From assembly GCF_004010195.1 (NCBI RefSeq), contig NC_057754.1, forward strand, positions 9,445,524 through 9,502,804: 57,281 nucleotides of DNA, read 5' to 3'. The notes beneath the pieces were generated by a model. The model worked only from the letters and a program-made list of their open reading frames with translations. It had not been told where the DNA came from and did no database searches. A program made the position numbers and the translations under genes. The stretch comes from Chiloscyllium plagiosum. Its lineage: Eukaryota. The number at the start of each line of letters is the position of its first letter. The first letter of the stretch is position 1. Positions 11,441 to 23,920 of this stretch are shown one piece after another.

Positions 11441-12539
11441 CCTGTGATCTACAGCTTTCATTCTTAATATCAGGAACTCCCTTTGAGAAAATGTACAATG
11501 TATGAGCAGGTAGGGAAAGAGTTAAGCTTTGGGTTGCGTGAGACAAAGGCTCAGCTAGCATGACTTGGATCAGAAAAGAACTTGCAGTAAACAATGAGGT
11601 GCTGGAGGCAAGGGTAGTGGGTTGACGAGGTGAAAAAGCATTCCTTATGTAAAGCCAGTTAACAAGGTTAAGAACATTCATTGTATAATGTCAGATGGCT
11701 TAAACTTTACTATCAACACTCGCTGATTGTAATGGTCACCCAATCAATATGGATGCTGCCTTATTTGAATGCTGCTCCTTGTAAGTGACTATATAATTCA
11801 TTAAGAACCTGTTGTTTGAGAGACGACTGAGAACTCATGCCTACATGCACATGGACGATCGTTCTCTCTCTGTCCAGCGCCCGGAATAAAGATGAAGGAG
11901 GTAAAGCCATACTGTATCTCTGACTGTTTGCTTCGAGCGACACATAGAGCGACAGGGAAACCGGATGACACCTTAGCTTTTGTATTACCTCCTAAATTTC
12001 TTATTCAGATGCATACATCTCAACTGCATCAATGGTTTAAGTCAGGAATGAAGGACGCAGGACTAAGCCCAATGCAACTTCACTGGAAGCAATCATCCTG
12101 TTTTATAAACTAACACCCAGTGACCATCATTCACTGCTTCCTCCCATCAAGCAAACTTTGGACGCAAGTTGTAACTTGTGCTTGGATCTCGTGAACTTTA
12201 CTTTTATGCTCAGTCTGCCACGTAAGACTTTCTAGACCTTTCAAAAGGAACGGAGATGAATACATTCAAGAAAAGGGATTGGAAACGAGCTGAATGACTG
12301 AGATAAAGTCAATGAAGGAGAGGAGGAGAAGCCCGTAAAGCATAAACTCCAGCACAGACCAACTAGAGCCTGTTGCTGTTAGAATTGATAATAGCTAAAG
12401 AAGCCTAAGAAAATCTGGTACACAAGCTGAAGACAGGATTGGGAAGTGGGGTGGAGCCCAGAGTGACCACAGCTAGTTTGACAATCCTCAGCTCTAATTT
12501 CCCACCTTATCCCAATAACCCTGATTCCCATATTGTGGA

Positions 12540-12965
12540 CACACTACAAGTGTTCATTGCCAGAAGATCTTTTAAATGTCTGATTTCAGGAAGTTGAATG
12601 AAGGTTTTGTGGAGCTGATGTGTTTTTGATGTGTTCACACTGAGAAGAGACCATTCAACTGCTCCCACTGCTTCATAGGATTATGTTAACTCATTGTCAA
12701 CCAGCACATTCACACTGTTGAAAGAACTGTCATCTGTTCAGTTTGGGAAAAGATTCAAAGCAGTCATCCACGTCATTAAGCAGCAATGTGCTCATTTTGA
12801 AACAAAAACCTTTCAAATGTTGTGATCAGGGATTTAAAAGCAAAATAGACTTGATGTCTTTCTTACAAACCCATTGACAATGAGAAGCTGTTCACCTGTT
12901 TTATATGTGCGACAATTGTCACTCAGCTCACTAACTGAGACACTTGTGAGTTCAAGTGACAGCAA
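12540..12965 (+). pseudogene. Highly degraded C2H2 ZNF remnant
   Basis: gttcacactgagaagagaccattcaactgctcccactgc (VHTEKRPFNCSHC), cacattcacact, gggaaaagattc, gagaagctgttcacctgt; followed by ctgttaatcac 3' motif. Confidence 0.75.
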
Positions 12966-13005
12966 CAATTGCATTCTACTGTTAATCACAGTCAGGAAGG
13001 ATAAT

Positions 13006-13339
13006 GAGCGGCACGGTGGCTCAGTGGTTAGCACTGCTGCCTCACAGTGCCAGGGACCCAGGTTCAATTCCAGTCTCGGGTCACTGTCTATGTGGGGTTT
13101 GAATAATCTCCCAGTGTGTGTGTGGGTTTCCTCCAGGTGCTCTGGTTTCCTCCCACAGTCCAAAGATGTGCAGATCAGGTGAACTGATCTGAGCTAAATT
13201 GCTCAGTGTTAGGTGCAATAGTCAGGGGTAAATGTAGACAATAGTGTAGGGGATTGGGTCTGGGTGGGTTACTCTTCTGAGGGTCGGTGTGGACTTGTTG
13301 AGCCAAATGGCCTCTTTCCAAATTGTAGGGATTCTAATC
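13006..13339 (+). mobile_element. HE1 V-SINE
   Basis: gcggcacggtggctcagtggttagcactgctgcctcacag (A box), ggttcaattcc (B box), V-domain gtgggtttcctccaggtgctctggtttcctcccacagtccaaagatgtgcag. Confidence 0.95.
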
Positions 13340-14109
13340 AAAATGTAACTTTTGAGTTTTGCTTCTGCTGATGTTAATAATCATTGTAACTGGGCTGCAA
13401 CTTGATATTTTGGATACATGGTTAATAATTCAGCTGCCGATTTTCCTTTCCCATCCGAAAGTTTAACATCACCTGGCTAGAAAGGGTAATCTGTGGAGGG
13501 ATCGTTGGCAGGTACAGAACTTCAGCCTGCACACAGCCCTTCCGAGTCACACCGAGAGGGACAAGTAGTGATCTTTCTCATCTCGCTTCTCCGACAGCAA
13601 AATCCCCATCTGAGTTAATCCTGAAACTGTAGAAGAAATGCTTCCCGGCCGCACTTTTCAGTGGTTCTGACTCGGGCACAGAACAGAAAGCTACTTTATA
13701 ATTATGCTTCGAGTCAGGAAGAACATCAATGAATGCTGGAAATCTGCTGCCAAATCAAGAATTGGTGTCAAACAGTGATCTGTTCCTGACAAAGTAAAAC
13801 AACAGGTTTAAATTGCTGGTATAAAACCGACTGTAGCCCTTACATGGAACAACCACATTAAGGTTGGTGCTGACTTAAAATAGACCTGTTTGAATTAAAT
13901 GGTTTAAAATCTGCATTAAAATGGCATGAGATGGAGGAGTTCACAGGAGCTTGTAAACCTCAGGTACAATTATACAATAGATGTTTAATCTACATAGATA
14001 GAACAACCTGTCAAGAATTCCCTGTTTTATTGTGAGAGATATCAGAAAAAAAGAAAAACACAGTCTGCCCATCAGATGCTTCTGTGCATGGTTTTTAGTA
14101 AACAATGAT

Positions 14110-14212
14110 GCTGTGACCTCGATGTGTCAGCAGGTTGGATGGATAAGCAAGCCCCTTCCCACGAGGGACAGATGAATGGCCTCTCCTCAGTGTGAACTCG
14201 GTGTTTCCCCGA
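14110..14212 (-). pseudogene. Single C2H2 finger remnant
   Basis: Reverse complement reads HRVHTEERPFICP..GKGLAYPSNLLTHRGH (frameshifted). Confidence 0.8.
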
Positions 14213-14508
14213 CTAAAGAATCCCCAATCAGTATTGCACTTCCTTTCTCCATCCTTCTTCAACACCCCCACCACCACCACTCCCACTCCCACAACCCCCT
14301 GCTACAATCAAGCTGCTTATGGTGCCAGAAACGTGGATCTGACTGTATTCCTCTGAGGCGTCAATACCCTCATCAACATCCAAAATAATGGTTGGTGAGT
14401 CAGATCCCAGGGGACTCTTGCATGACTGTCTGTTCATTCTGGTCTGTCTGGGGAGGTTACCGATTCCCTTCTTCCCACTTGTCCCTTGAGCTGCAGTGTG
14501 ACCACCGT

Positions 14509-14811
14509 GGGTGGTACGGTGGCACAGTGGTTAGCACTGCTGCCTCACAGCGCCAGAGACCCGGGTTCAATTCCCGCCTCAGGCGACTGACTTTGTGGAG
14601 TTTGCACATTCTCCCCGTGTCTGAGTGGGTTTCCTCCGGGTGCTCTGGTTTCCCCCCACAGTCACAAAGATGTGCAGGTCAGGTGAATTGGCCGTGCTAA
14701 ATTGCCCGTAGTGTTAGATGAAGGGGTAAGTGTAGGGGTGGGTTGCGCTTCGGCGGGTCGGTGTGGACTTGTTGGGTCGAAGGGCCTGTTTCCACACTGT
14801 ATTTAATCTAA
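14509..14811 (+). mobile_element. HE1 V-SINE
   Basis: Full tRNA-like head, V domain, tail ..ccacactgtatttaatctaa. Confidence 0.96.
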
Positions 14812-14849
14812 GTGAATGTGCTATTCACGTAACACTCAGCCTTGTGAAA

Positions 14850-16545
14850 ACAGTCATAGTCATGGAGTTGTGCAGCATAAAAACAGACCCTCGGTCCAAC
14901 TCGTTGATGCCAATCAAATATCCAAAACTTATCTAGTTCCATTTGACAGCATTTGGCCTATATCCCCCTAAACCTTTGCTATTCATGAATCCATTCAAAC
15001 ACCTTTCAAATATTGTAATTGCACCAGCCTCCCAGCACCTGCTTCCAAACATGCATCATCCTCTGTGACTTCCCTACATCTGGGGCAAAGACATTGGCTT
15101 TTCAGCCTATCCCCTTCATGATTTTATTAATCTCTATAAGGTCACCCCACAACCTTTGATGCTCCAGGCCAAACAGCCCCAGCCTCTCCACATAGGTCAA
15201 ACCTTCCAATATCAACAACATCCTTGTAAATCTTTACTGAACCTTTTCAAGTGTGACCACATCTTTCCTACTGCAGTTGAGACACCAGAACTGAACACAG
15301 TATTCCAAAAGTGACTTGACCAATGTGCTGTACAGCTGCAACATAACATCCCAACTCCTATACACAATGCTCTGACCTATAAAGGAAAATATACCAAATG
15401 TCTTATCTACCTGTGACTCCACTTTTAAGGAACTATGAGCCTGCACCTCAAGGTCTCTTTGTCTGGCCACTCTCCCCAGGATCCTACCATTAAGGGCATA
15501 AGTCTTGCCCTGATTTGCCTTACCAAAACGCAACACCTCATATTTATCTGAATTAAACTCAATCTGTCACTCTGTGGTCCATCTGATCAAGGTCCCATTG
15601 TACTCTGAATAAAACTCTTCACTGTTCACTACACCAAGGATTTTGGTGCCATCTGCAAACTTATTAACCATGCCTCAGATTTTCACATTCAAAATCACTT
15701 ATGAAAATGATAAAAAGCAGTGGACCCAGCACCAATCCTTGCTGCACACTGCTGGTCACAGGCCTCTGCTCTGTAAAGCAACCCTTCACCATCACCCTGT
15801 CTGTTACCTTCAAGCCAATTTTATATCCAAATGGCTAGCTCTCCCTCACCTTGCTAACCAGTTTCCCATGCAGAACATTGTCGAACGTCTTACTGAAATC
15901 CATATAGACAACATCCGCCACTCTGCCTTCAAAAAAGATATTCAAGCAAGTTAGCAAGTCACGATTCCCCACACACAAAGCCATGTTAACTATCCCTAAT
16001 CAGTCCTTGCCTTTCCAAATATATGTAGATCTTATCCCTTAGAAACCCTGCCAACAACTTACACACCACTGACATCGTGCTCACCAGTCTGTAGTTCCCT
16101 GTCTTTTCCTTACCTTGCTTGAATAATAACACCACATTAGCCAGTTTTCTGGCATCTCGCCTGTGGCAATTGATGATAGAAACAGCTCAGCAAGGGGCCT
16201 AGCAATCAACTTCCTTAGCTTCCCACAAGGTTGTGGGATACACCTGATCAGGTCTCAGACATTTATCCACCTTTGCATTTGAAGATGTGCAGCATGTCCT
16301 CTAATGTAATATGGACACTTTGCAAGACACCACTATTGATTTCTGAGTTCTCTAGCTTCCGTTTCCTACTTGGCGTAAATACAGACACCACAATGTCTCT
16401 AAGTGCTGCTCAAGCTCTGAGAACCAAAGGTCTAGCTTCTGCAGCTGGGAGCACTTGCTGCACGTGCTCATCTAGGACACTGGCAGCATCCAGGCCTACC
16501 CACATATGAAAAGCTGCACATTACACTTGGCTGGCTTCTCCTCAT
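14850..16545 (-). mobile_element. CR1 LINE, internally deleted, retaining the ORF1 N-terminus
   Basis: LVKSLLEYCVQFW and KFADGTK RT motifs; 16380-16545 on the minus strand reads CAAFHMW..DEH/CSKCSQLQKL..SELEQHLETL (ORF1 zinc finger/leucine zipper). Confidence 0.85.
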
Positions 16546-16814
16546 ACCTCAAAACTATAATTCACGCTTTATTTGTTAATCTTAGTGCTAGAGTAGGAAG
16601 TTTATGAAAAGGTTAACTGTAACTAAGTTCCCACTCGTCTAAATCTGTTGGGGTAAGAAAGCTTTAATCAATAGTTGCCAGGTGCCCAGTACTCACCAGT
16701 CTGGAGTCTCTCTCACCTTTTGAACTTATGCCATCAACAGGAGCTGCACGGAAGGTTCCTGCAGCTTCCATTTCCTGTGTCCCATCCTGCCTCTCGCTGC
16801 TCTGAGATTCATGG

Positions 16815-17730
16815 CTTGTCAAGACTAGGCCCGAGTCTGCGCCATACTAGATTTGTAAGTTTACCAATGACCGTGTCTCCACCTTTCCGGCTGCTGCTAC
16901 GGGGTTTCCTGACTGCGGCTAAGTGCCCTGCTAAGACTAGGTCCAAATCCGCACTGTGCTAGATTTACAGACTTACCAGTTTTTTTGTCTAAACTCATTC
17001 ATGGGATGAGGACGTCAATGGCTAGGCCAGTATTAATTGCCAATCCCTAATTGCCTAGAGGGCTATTGAGAATCAAACATGTTACTACAGGTCTGGAGTA
17101 ACATGTAGGCCAGACCAGGTAAGGATGCCGGTTTCCTTCCTTAAAGGACATTAATGAACCACATGGGTTTTTCCAACAATGGATTCATGGTCATCATTAG
17201 AATAATTCCACATTTTTATTGAATTCAAATTCCATCATCTGCCATGGCAGGATTTGAACCCAGGTCCCTAGAACATTACCTGAGTCTCTGGATTAACAGT
17301 CCAGCGATAATACCACTAGACCACTGCCTCCCCCGACTGTATCCCGGCCTTCCCTGCTGCTGCTGCGGCATTTCCCGACTGCTGCTCCAACCTGAGTGCC
17401 CTGGAAAGACTAGGTTTGAATCCGCACTTCATTAGATTGATAGGCTCACCAGTTGCTGTGCCCCTGCCTCCCAGCTGCTGCAGCTGGCTTTCACAACTGC
17501 TAAGTGCCCTGTAAAAGCTAGGCCCTAATCCGTACCACACTTACCGGTTTCTGCATACCCACCTTCTCAGCTGCCGCTGCGGGGTTTCACCAGTGCTGCT
17601 CTGTAAAGACTAGGCCGGAATCCGCACTGCACTAGATTCATGAGCTTACCAGTTACGGTGTCCCCGCTTTCCTGGCTGCGGCTGCAGCATTTCCCGACAC
17701 TGCTCCGGCCTAGGTGCCCTGTAAAGATTC
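16815..17730. repeat. Degenerate GC-rich tandem monomers (~90-120 bp, ~5-6 units) interrupted by a SINE
   Basis: Anchor aagactagg..aatccgcac..tagatt..cttaccagt..gctgctgc..gtgccctg recurs at ~16821, 16933, 17406, 17514, 17606 and 17724. Confidence 0.88.
16985..17334 (-). mobile_element. Full-length tRNA-derived SINE (same family as 6026-6280)
   Basis: Minus strand begins ggggaggcagtggtctagtggtattatcgctggactgttaatccag...gggttcaaatcc; shares body and tail with 6026-6280. Confidence 0.85.
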
Positions 17731-18382
17731 AGACATGAATTGCTAATTGTGGATTGTTGCTGGGTGAAAATTCTGTAAATCCTTACGAAAGCATCGTGGT
17801 TGTACCTTCACCAGCTTGTCTGCAGCAGTCGGTAAGAAGGAAACCACCATGTTCTCCCCATCAAAATTTAGATTAGACAGATGGACTCATCGCTGATACC
17901 CATATCCCAAGAATAAAGCAAATGCTGTCTTTTTAGTTAAAGTGGATGAGAAGACACCACAGATATACCTATGAAAACAATGTGTTTCTTCTAATGCAGT
18001 GTAGGGACAGTGTCCATTTAGAAAGCAATTTTCCCAAGGATCTCCCCTTAAAGTCTCACATTCGAATTTGTCGGGCCCTTCTGTGTTCCACAGTACTCTG
18101 GGTTAAACCCTGCAACTTCTGCCTCATTTCCGTTCCAGCTCAAACTGGTCTTGCATCAGAGTAAATTGACTCTTAATTGGTCTGTGTTTCCTGATTGGCT
18201 TATATTAAAATATAAGCAAAACAGGACGGCTTCCCTGAAGGAACTGCTAGGCATGAAGGTGACCCAGAGCAGACACACCTGTACGAGATGTTGGCATCTT
18301 GAAACACTGAATGTCGGAGCAGGAGCATGTCGTTTGCCTTTCGAGTCTGCTCTACGATCATCGGTGATCACCAAACTCAGTA

Positions 18383-19286
18383 CAGTGGTGCCTCGGAATC
18401 CGAATTCAATTCATTAATGGGCGGCACGGTGGCACAGTGGTTAGCACTGCTGCCTCACAGCGCCAGAGACCCGGGTTCAATTCCCGCCTCAGGCGACTGA
18501 CTGTGTGGAGTTTGCATGTTCTCCCCGTGTCTGCGTGGGTTTCCTCCGGGTGCTCCGGTTTCCTCCCACAGTCCAAAGATGTGCAGGTCAGGTGAATTGG
18601 CCATGCTAAATTGCGCGTAGTGTTAGGTAAGGGGTAAATGTAGGGGTATGGGTGGGTTGCGCTTCGGCGGGTCGGTGTGGACTTGTTGGGCCCAAGGGCC
18701 TGTTTCCACACTGTAATGTAATCTAAACAAAAATTCCAGGAGGCTGTTTGGATTGCGAAAAGTTCGGATTCCCAAACTATTTTCCCCGTAAGAAATAATG
18801 GAAAGTGAATTAATCCGTTTCTGGACCCAGAAAAAAAATTTTCAAAACACTCTTAACTGCAAATGCACATGGTTAAGTAAAGTGAGTAAATGACCTAAAT
18901 ATCAAGTAATAATAATAAAAGCAAGAAATAAATGTACTAACATGAAAATAACTTCATCTACCTTAGTGAGGAATGCTAATGGTGAATGCACTTATTTGCT
19001 TCACCGCTCTTCTTGGGTGCAATGGTGAATGCACAAGGGTGATAATTAAAAAAAACCCAGCACAAATCAAGATGAAAACACAAGGTAAACTAGTGATGGA
19101 CACACGAGAGATGCTTTCACGACTACTTCCCGGGACAAACTGAACAAATAATGTGCAACCTGAACGGTACGTGGTGTTCGGATTCTGAAAACGTGTCCGG
19201 ATTTTAGGGCAAAATTTCCTCGAAATAATTGTTCAGGTTCCAAGTTGCTCGAACAATGGGGCGTTCGGATTCCGGGGTCACCACTG
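18383..19286. mobile_element. Tigger/pogo-like non-autonomous DNA transposon with nested HE1
   Basis: TA|cagtggtgcctcggaatccgaa ... ttcggattccggggtcaccactg|TA. Confidence 0.88.
18419..18726 (+). mobile_element. HE1 V-SINE (CpG-rich, probably young)
   Basis: gggcggcacggtggcacagtggttagcactgc...ccacactgtaatgtaatctaa. Confidence 0.97.
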
Positions 19287-19630
19287 TACTTGGTTCCTGC
19301 TTTCGTTGCACACATTTTGATCCTTTTAGCCCCAAGAGCAATATCTAACTCCTTGCTAAAAACTCAGAATTTCAGATCTGAGATGAGTAGCTGGAGTCTG
19401 AGACGGAGAGATTGTGCCATATCAATGAGCAGGAATCAAATGGTTGCCCCATTTACTTACACAGCAGCACAATCATTCAGATATTTCACCTGTGTGAAAG
19501 GATTTCCTTAGTTCCCCACCTGTAAAACTTCAAAAAGTTTCATCTACAGTCAGCACACTCTTATGAGAATCACAATGTTTAATTATTCCTCTATCATTTG
19601 TTCACCCTACTCGTTAAGACCCAAATCATC

Positions 19631-19918
19631 TCACATCTAACATAGAATCCCTAAAGTGTGGAAGCAGGCCATTTGACCTACTGGGTCCACACCACCCCTC
19701 CAAGGAGCATCCCTCCCAAATCCAGCCTCCATTTACCCCCAAGACTAATCCTGTACATCCCTGGACACTACAAGGCAATTTAGCATGGCCAGTCCACCTA
19801 ATCTTTGTGACTGTGGGTGGAAACCAGAACACACAGTCAGTTGCCCAAGGCTGGAATCGAACCCGGTCCCTGGCATTGTCAGGCAGTGGTGCTAACCATT
19901 GAGCCATTGTGCTACCCC
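19631..19918 (-). mobile_element. HE1 SINE with internal deletion
   Basis: Reverse complement of HE1 head and tail. Confidence 0.9.
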
Positions 19919-20019
19919 ATGTTTGTTTGGAGTTGTTCTGCTGTTAATTACACTCAAAAACAATGGTGGAGGGTCTGTGTACTTTGATTGCTGTATCAAT
20001 TGATTCAGTAATGCTCAAT

Positions 20020-21135
20020 GGACAATGGGATACCAGTGGACATGGTGTATCTGTATTTCCAGAAGGCATTCAACAAGATGCTGCACAAAAAGCTGCTGCA
20101 TAAAATAAAGGTGCAAGGCCTTATGGGTAATGTATTAGCCTGGATAGGAAATTAGCTAACAGATAGTAAAGTGTGGGATAAATGGGTGTTTTTCTGGTTG
20201 GCAATCAATGGCTAGTGGTGTGCCTCACGGATTAGTGTTACATAGATGATTTAGAGTTGGGGACCAAGTGTAGTGTGTCAAAATTTGCAGACAATACAAA
20301 GAGGAGTGGTAGAGCAAAGTCTGCAGAGCGATATAGATCGGTTAAGTGAGTGGGCAAGGGTCTGGTAGATGGAGTACAACGTCGGTAAATCTGAGGTCAT
20401 CCATTTTGGAAGCAATAACAGCAAAATGGACTATTATTTAAATGATGGAGAATTGCAGCAGGCTGCTGTGCAGAGGGACCTGGGTGTCCTTGTGCATGAA
20501 TCACCAAAATTGGTTTGCAGGTGCAGCAGATAATTAAGGCGGCAAATGAAATATTATAGTTTAATGCTAGAAGAACGGGGTTTAAAAACAGGGGAGGGAA
20601 AAAACAGAAATTGCTGAAAACACCCAGTAGGTCCGGCAGCATTTGTGAAGAGAAACCAAAGTCAATGTTTCTGGCCTGGTGACCCTTCCTTAGAATTCAA
20701 AACATTTCCAGCAATTTCTGTTTTTGTTTCTGATATAAAGCATCCACAGTTCTTTTAGTTATTAAAAATAGGGAGACTTTGTTGTGTTGGTGAGGCTACA
20801 CTGGAATACTGTGTGCAATTTTAGTCTCCTTACTGGCGAAAGGATATACTGGCACTGGAAGCGATGCAGAGAAGTTTCACTAGGTTGTTTCTGAAGGTGA
20901 GAGGGTTGGCTTACGAGATTCAGTAGGACTGGGGCTATGCTTAATGGAATTTAGAAGATTGGTGGGGTAGGGGAGTCTTATAGAAACATAACATTATGAA
21001 ATAAATAGATAAGGTTGACGAGGGGGGAATGTTTCCACTGGCAGCTGAAACCAGAATTAGGAGTCATAGCCTCAAAATAAGGGGAAGCAGATTTAGGACT
21101 GAGTTGATGAGGAACTTCTTCGCCCAAAGGATTGT
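20020..21135 (+). mobile_element. CR1 RT/3' fragment
   Basis: VDMVYLYFQKAFNK, KFADNTK, LEYCVQF motifs. Confidence 0.88.
20598..20763. mobile_element. Short Penelope-type non-autonomous insertion in CR1
   Basis: Inverted ends aaaaacagaaattgctg / cagcaatttctgttttt; degenerate hammerhead on the minus strand; flanking duplication ttaaaaa(c/t)aggg. Confidence 0.7.
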
Positions 21136-21696
21136 GAACAAAGAAAATCACAGCACAAGAACAGATGCTTCAGCCCTCCAACCCTGCGTTGATCCAGATC
21201 ATCTATCTAAAGGTGTTGCCTCGTTTCTAAGGATCTGTATCCCTCTGCTCCTTTCCCATTCATGTATCTGTCTACATCTATGTTAAAAGATGCTATCGTG
21301 CCCATCTCTGTCACCTCTGCTGGAAACACCTTTCAGACACCCATGACCCTCCGTATAAAGAACTTTCCACACATATCTTCTTTAAACTTTTCCCCTCTCA
21401 CCTTGAACCCTAGTAATTGAATACCCACTCTGGGAAAAAGTTTCTTGCTATCCATCCTGTCTATACTTCTCATGATTTTGTAAACCTCAATCAGCTTCCC
21501 CCCAAACTCCGTATTTCTAATGAAAATAATCCTAGTCCACTCGATCTCTCTTCATAGCCAGCACCCTCCATACCAGGCAACATCCTAGTGAACTTCCTCT
21601 GCACCGTCTCCAAAGCATCCACATCCTTTCGGTAATGAGGTGACCAGAACTGTACACAGTATTCCAAATGTGGCCAAACCAAAGTCTTGTACAACT
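21136..21696 (-). mobile_element. CR1 3' fragment
   Basis: YKTLVWPHLEYCVQFWSPHYRKDV. Confidence 0.92.
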
Positions 21697-22092
21697 GTTG
21701 TGGTTCTGTTCACCGAGCTGGGAATTTGTGTTGCAGACGTTTCGTCCCCTGTCTAGGTGACATCCTCAGTGCTTGGGAGCCTCCTATGAAGCGCTTCTGT
21801 GATGTTTCCTCCGGCATTTATAGTGGTTTGTCTCTGCCGCTTCTGGTTGTCAGTTCCAGCTGTCCGCTGCAGTGGTCGGTATATCGGGTCCAGGTCGATG
21901 TGCTTATTGATTGAATCTGTGGATGAGTGCCATGCCTCTAGGAATTCCCTGGCTGTTCTCTGTTTGGCTTGTCCTATAATATTAGTGTTGTCCCAGTCAA
22001 ATTCATGTTGCTTGTCATCTGTGTGTGTGGCTACTAAGGATAGCTGGTCGTGTGGTTTCGTGGCTAGTTGGTGTTCATGGATGCGGATCGTT
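21697..22092 (-). mobile_element. Penelope-like element 3' end (GIY-YIG C-terminus plus pLTR)
   Basis: Minus strand reads IRIHEHQLATK.HDQLSLVATH..FDWDNTNIIGQAKQRTAREFLEAWHS..SINKHIDLDPIY. Confidence 0.9.
21733..21772 (-). ncRNA. Minimal type I hammerhead ribozyme
   Basis: gca CUGAGGA ugucaccu agac aggggac GAAAC GUC ugc: conserved core, stem I GCA/UGC, stem II, palindromic ACGU stem III. Confidence 0.85.
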
Positions 22093-22430
22093 GGGGTTTA
22101 TAAAATCATGAGGGGCCTGGGTAGGGGAAATGAAGAAGGCCTTTTCCTTGGGGTGGGAGTAGGTCCAAAACTAGAGGGCATAGGTTTATGGTGACAGGGG
22201 AAAGATTTAAAAGGTACCTAGTGGGCAAAGTCTTCACGCAGAAGGTGGTGCACGTATAGAACGAGCTGCCAGAAGAAGTGGTGGAGACTGGTACAATCAC
22301 AAAATTTAAAAAGGAATCTGGATGAGTATATAAATATGGGCTAAATGCTGGGACTAGATTGATTTAAGATAGCTTGTTGGCATGGATGAGTTGGACCGAA
22401 GGGACTGTTTCTGTGCTGTATATCTCTGTA
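22093..22430 (+). mobile_element. CR1 3' end
   Basis: VYKIMRGL; nearly the same sequence as the other CR1 3' ends in the window. Confidence 0.88.
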
Positions 22431-22522
22431 AATTGATTAAAACATACAAGAGATCCTAACTGGCATTCACAGAGTGGAAGTGAAAATGATGTTTCCTCTT
22501 GTGGGATAATCTAGAATTAGAT

Positions 22523-22693
22523 CACATAACACAAGGTTATAGTCTAACTGGTTTACTTGGAAGCACTAGGTTTTGGAGCACGGCTTGCTCTGAAAGCTAG
22601 TGCTTCCAAATAAACCTGTTGGATTATAACCTGGTGTTGTGTGATTTGTAACTTTGACCACTCCAGTCTAACGCCGGCTCCTCCACATCATGC
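22523..22693. mobile_element. Palindromic Penelope-type mini-element (family of 7018-7290)
   Basis: Inverted arms around ~22580; target duplication ctagaattagat at 22511 and 22694. Confidence 0.85.
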
Positions 22694-22739
22694 CTAGAAT
22701 TAGATGACACTGCTTAAAAGTGAGGGTTGGTGTTGAACC

Positions 22740-23920
22740 AATCTCCTGGAATCTTTCAGGAATGCAACCTTTAGCATTGATAAGGAGGCAGTGGATGTGG
22801 TTTACTTGGGATTGGGGATACAGTATTGATGCGGATACTGAACTGGCTGGCAGACAGAAAACAAACAGCAGGAAGAAACAGGTCTTTTTTTTTGAATGGC
22901 AGACAATGCTCAATCTGGTACAGCAGGGATAAGGTGCTTGGACCCCAGCTATTCACAATCTATATTAACGATTTAGATGAGGAAATTTAAATGTCATATC
23001 TCCAAGTTTGTAAATGACATGAAGCTGGGTGAGACAGTGAATTGCAAAGTCGATGTGGAAGTATTTCAGTGCGATTTGGAATCGGGGGAGTGGGCAAAAA
23101 TGCAAGGCAGGTGAAGGATAATGTAGATAAACAGGAGGTTATCCAATTTAATCACAAAAACAGGAAGACCAATTATCATCTGAATGGGGATAGGCTGGGA
23201 AAGGGGGGATGTTAAATTAAATCCGGTGTTCTTGCACACAAGTCGCTGAAAGTAAGCATGCAGGTGCACCTGGAGGTGAAGAAAACAATTGGTTTTTATG
23301 GCCTTCATAGGGAGAGGATTGGAGTACAGGAGCAGGAATGTCGTTCTGATATTGTACAGGGTGAGACTACATTCGAAGTACTGTGTGGGGTTTTGGAATA
23401 TTTTTCTGACAAAGGACACTCTATCTATGGAGGCTGTACAACAAAGGTTTACCAGGTCGATTCCTGGGATGTCAGGACTGACTGTAGGAGGACAGAATGG
23501 ATTGTCAGATCGAAACACACGGAGGTTGAAAAGAACCGGGGGATGATCTCACAGAAACCAATAAAATTTTACAAGGACTGACAAGGTAAATGGAGGAAGA
23601 TTGCTGTCAATGACCTGGGAGTCGAGAATCAGGGGTCCTAGTTTAAGGATATGGAGTAGGCTGTTTAAGACAGAGATGAGAAAATAAATTCTTTACTCAG
23701 AGTGGTGAGCCTGTGCTTTTCTATGGCACCAAACTCCAGTTAAGGCAAACATTGAATGTTTCCAAGAAGACAGATATAGCTCTGAGGGTTAAAGGGATCA
23801 AAGGGTATGGGTTTAAAATGGAATAAGCCGAGTAGAATGAACACCATGATCACACTAAATAGCGGAGTGGGATCAAACACTACAAGGGCCTACACCTGTT
23901 CCTATTTTCTACATTTCTAT
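22740..23920 (+). mobile_element. Old CR1 fragment (duplicated at 38.1-39.6 kb and 45.9-46.2 kb)
   Basis: GPQLFTIYINDLD, SKFVNDMKLG, KYCVGFW. Confidence 0.88.

Noticed and set aside
13006..13080. tRNA-like A/B boxes here and at 14509, 18419, 41277 and 54959
   Set aside because: These are heads of HE1 SINEs that continue into the V domain, not tRNA genes
19380..19560. Possible additional ZNF remnant (tgtgtgaaaggattt)
   Set aside because: Too degraded to read a finger; only the downstream 3' motif at ~19935 is suggestive
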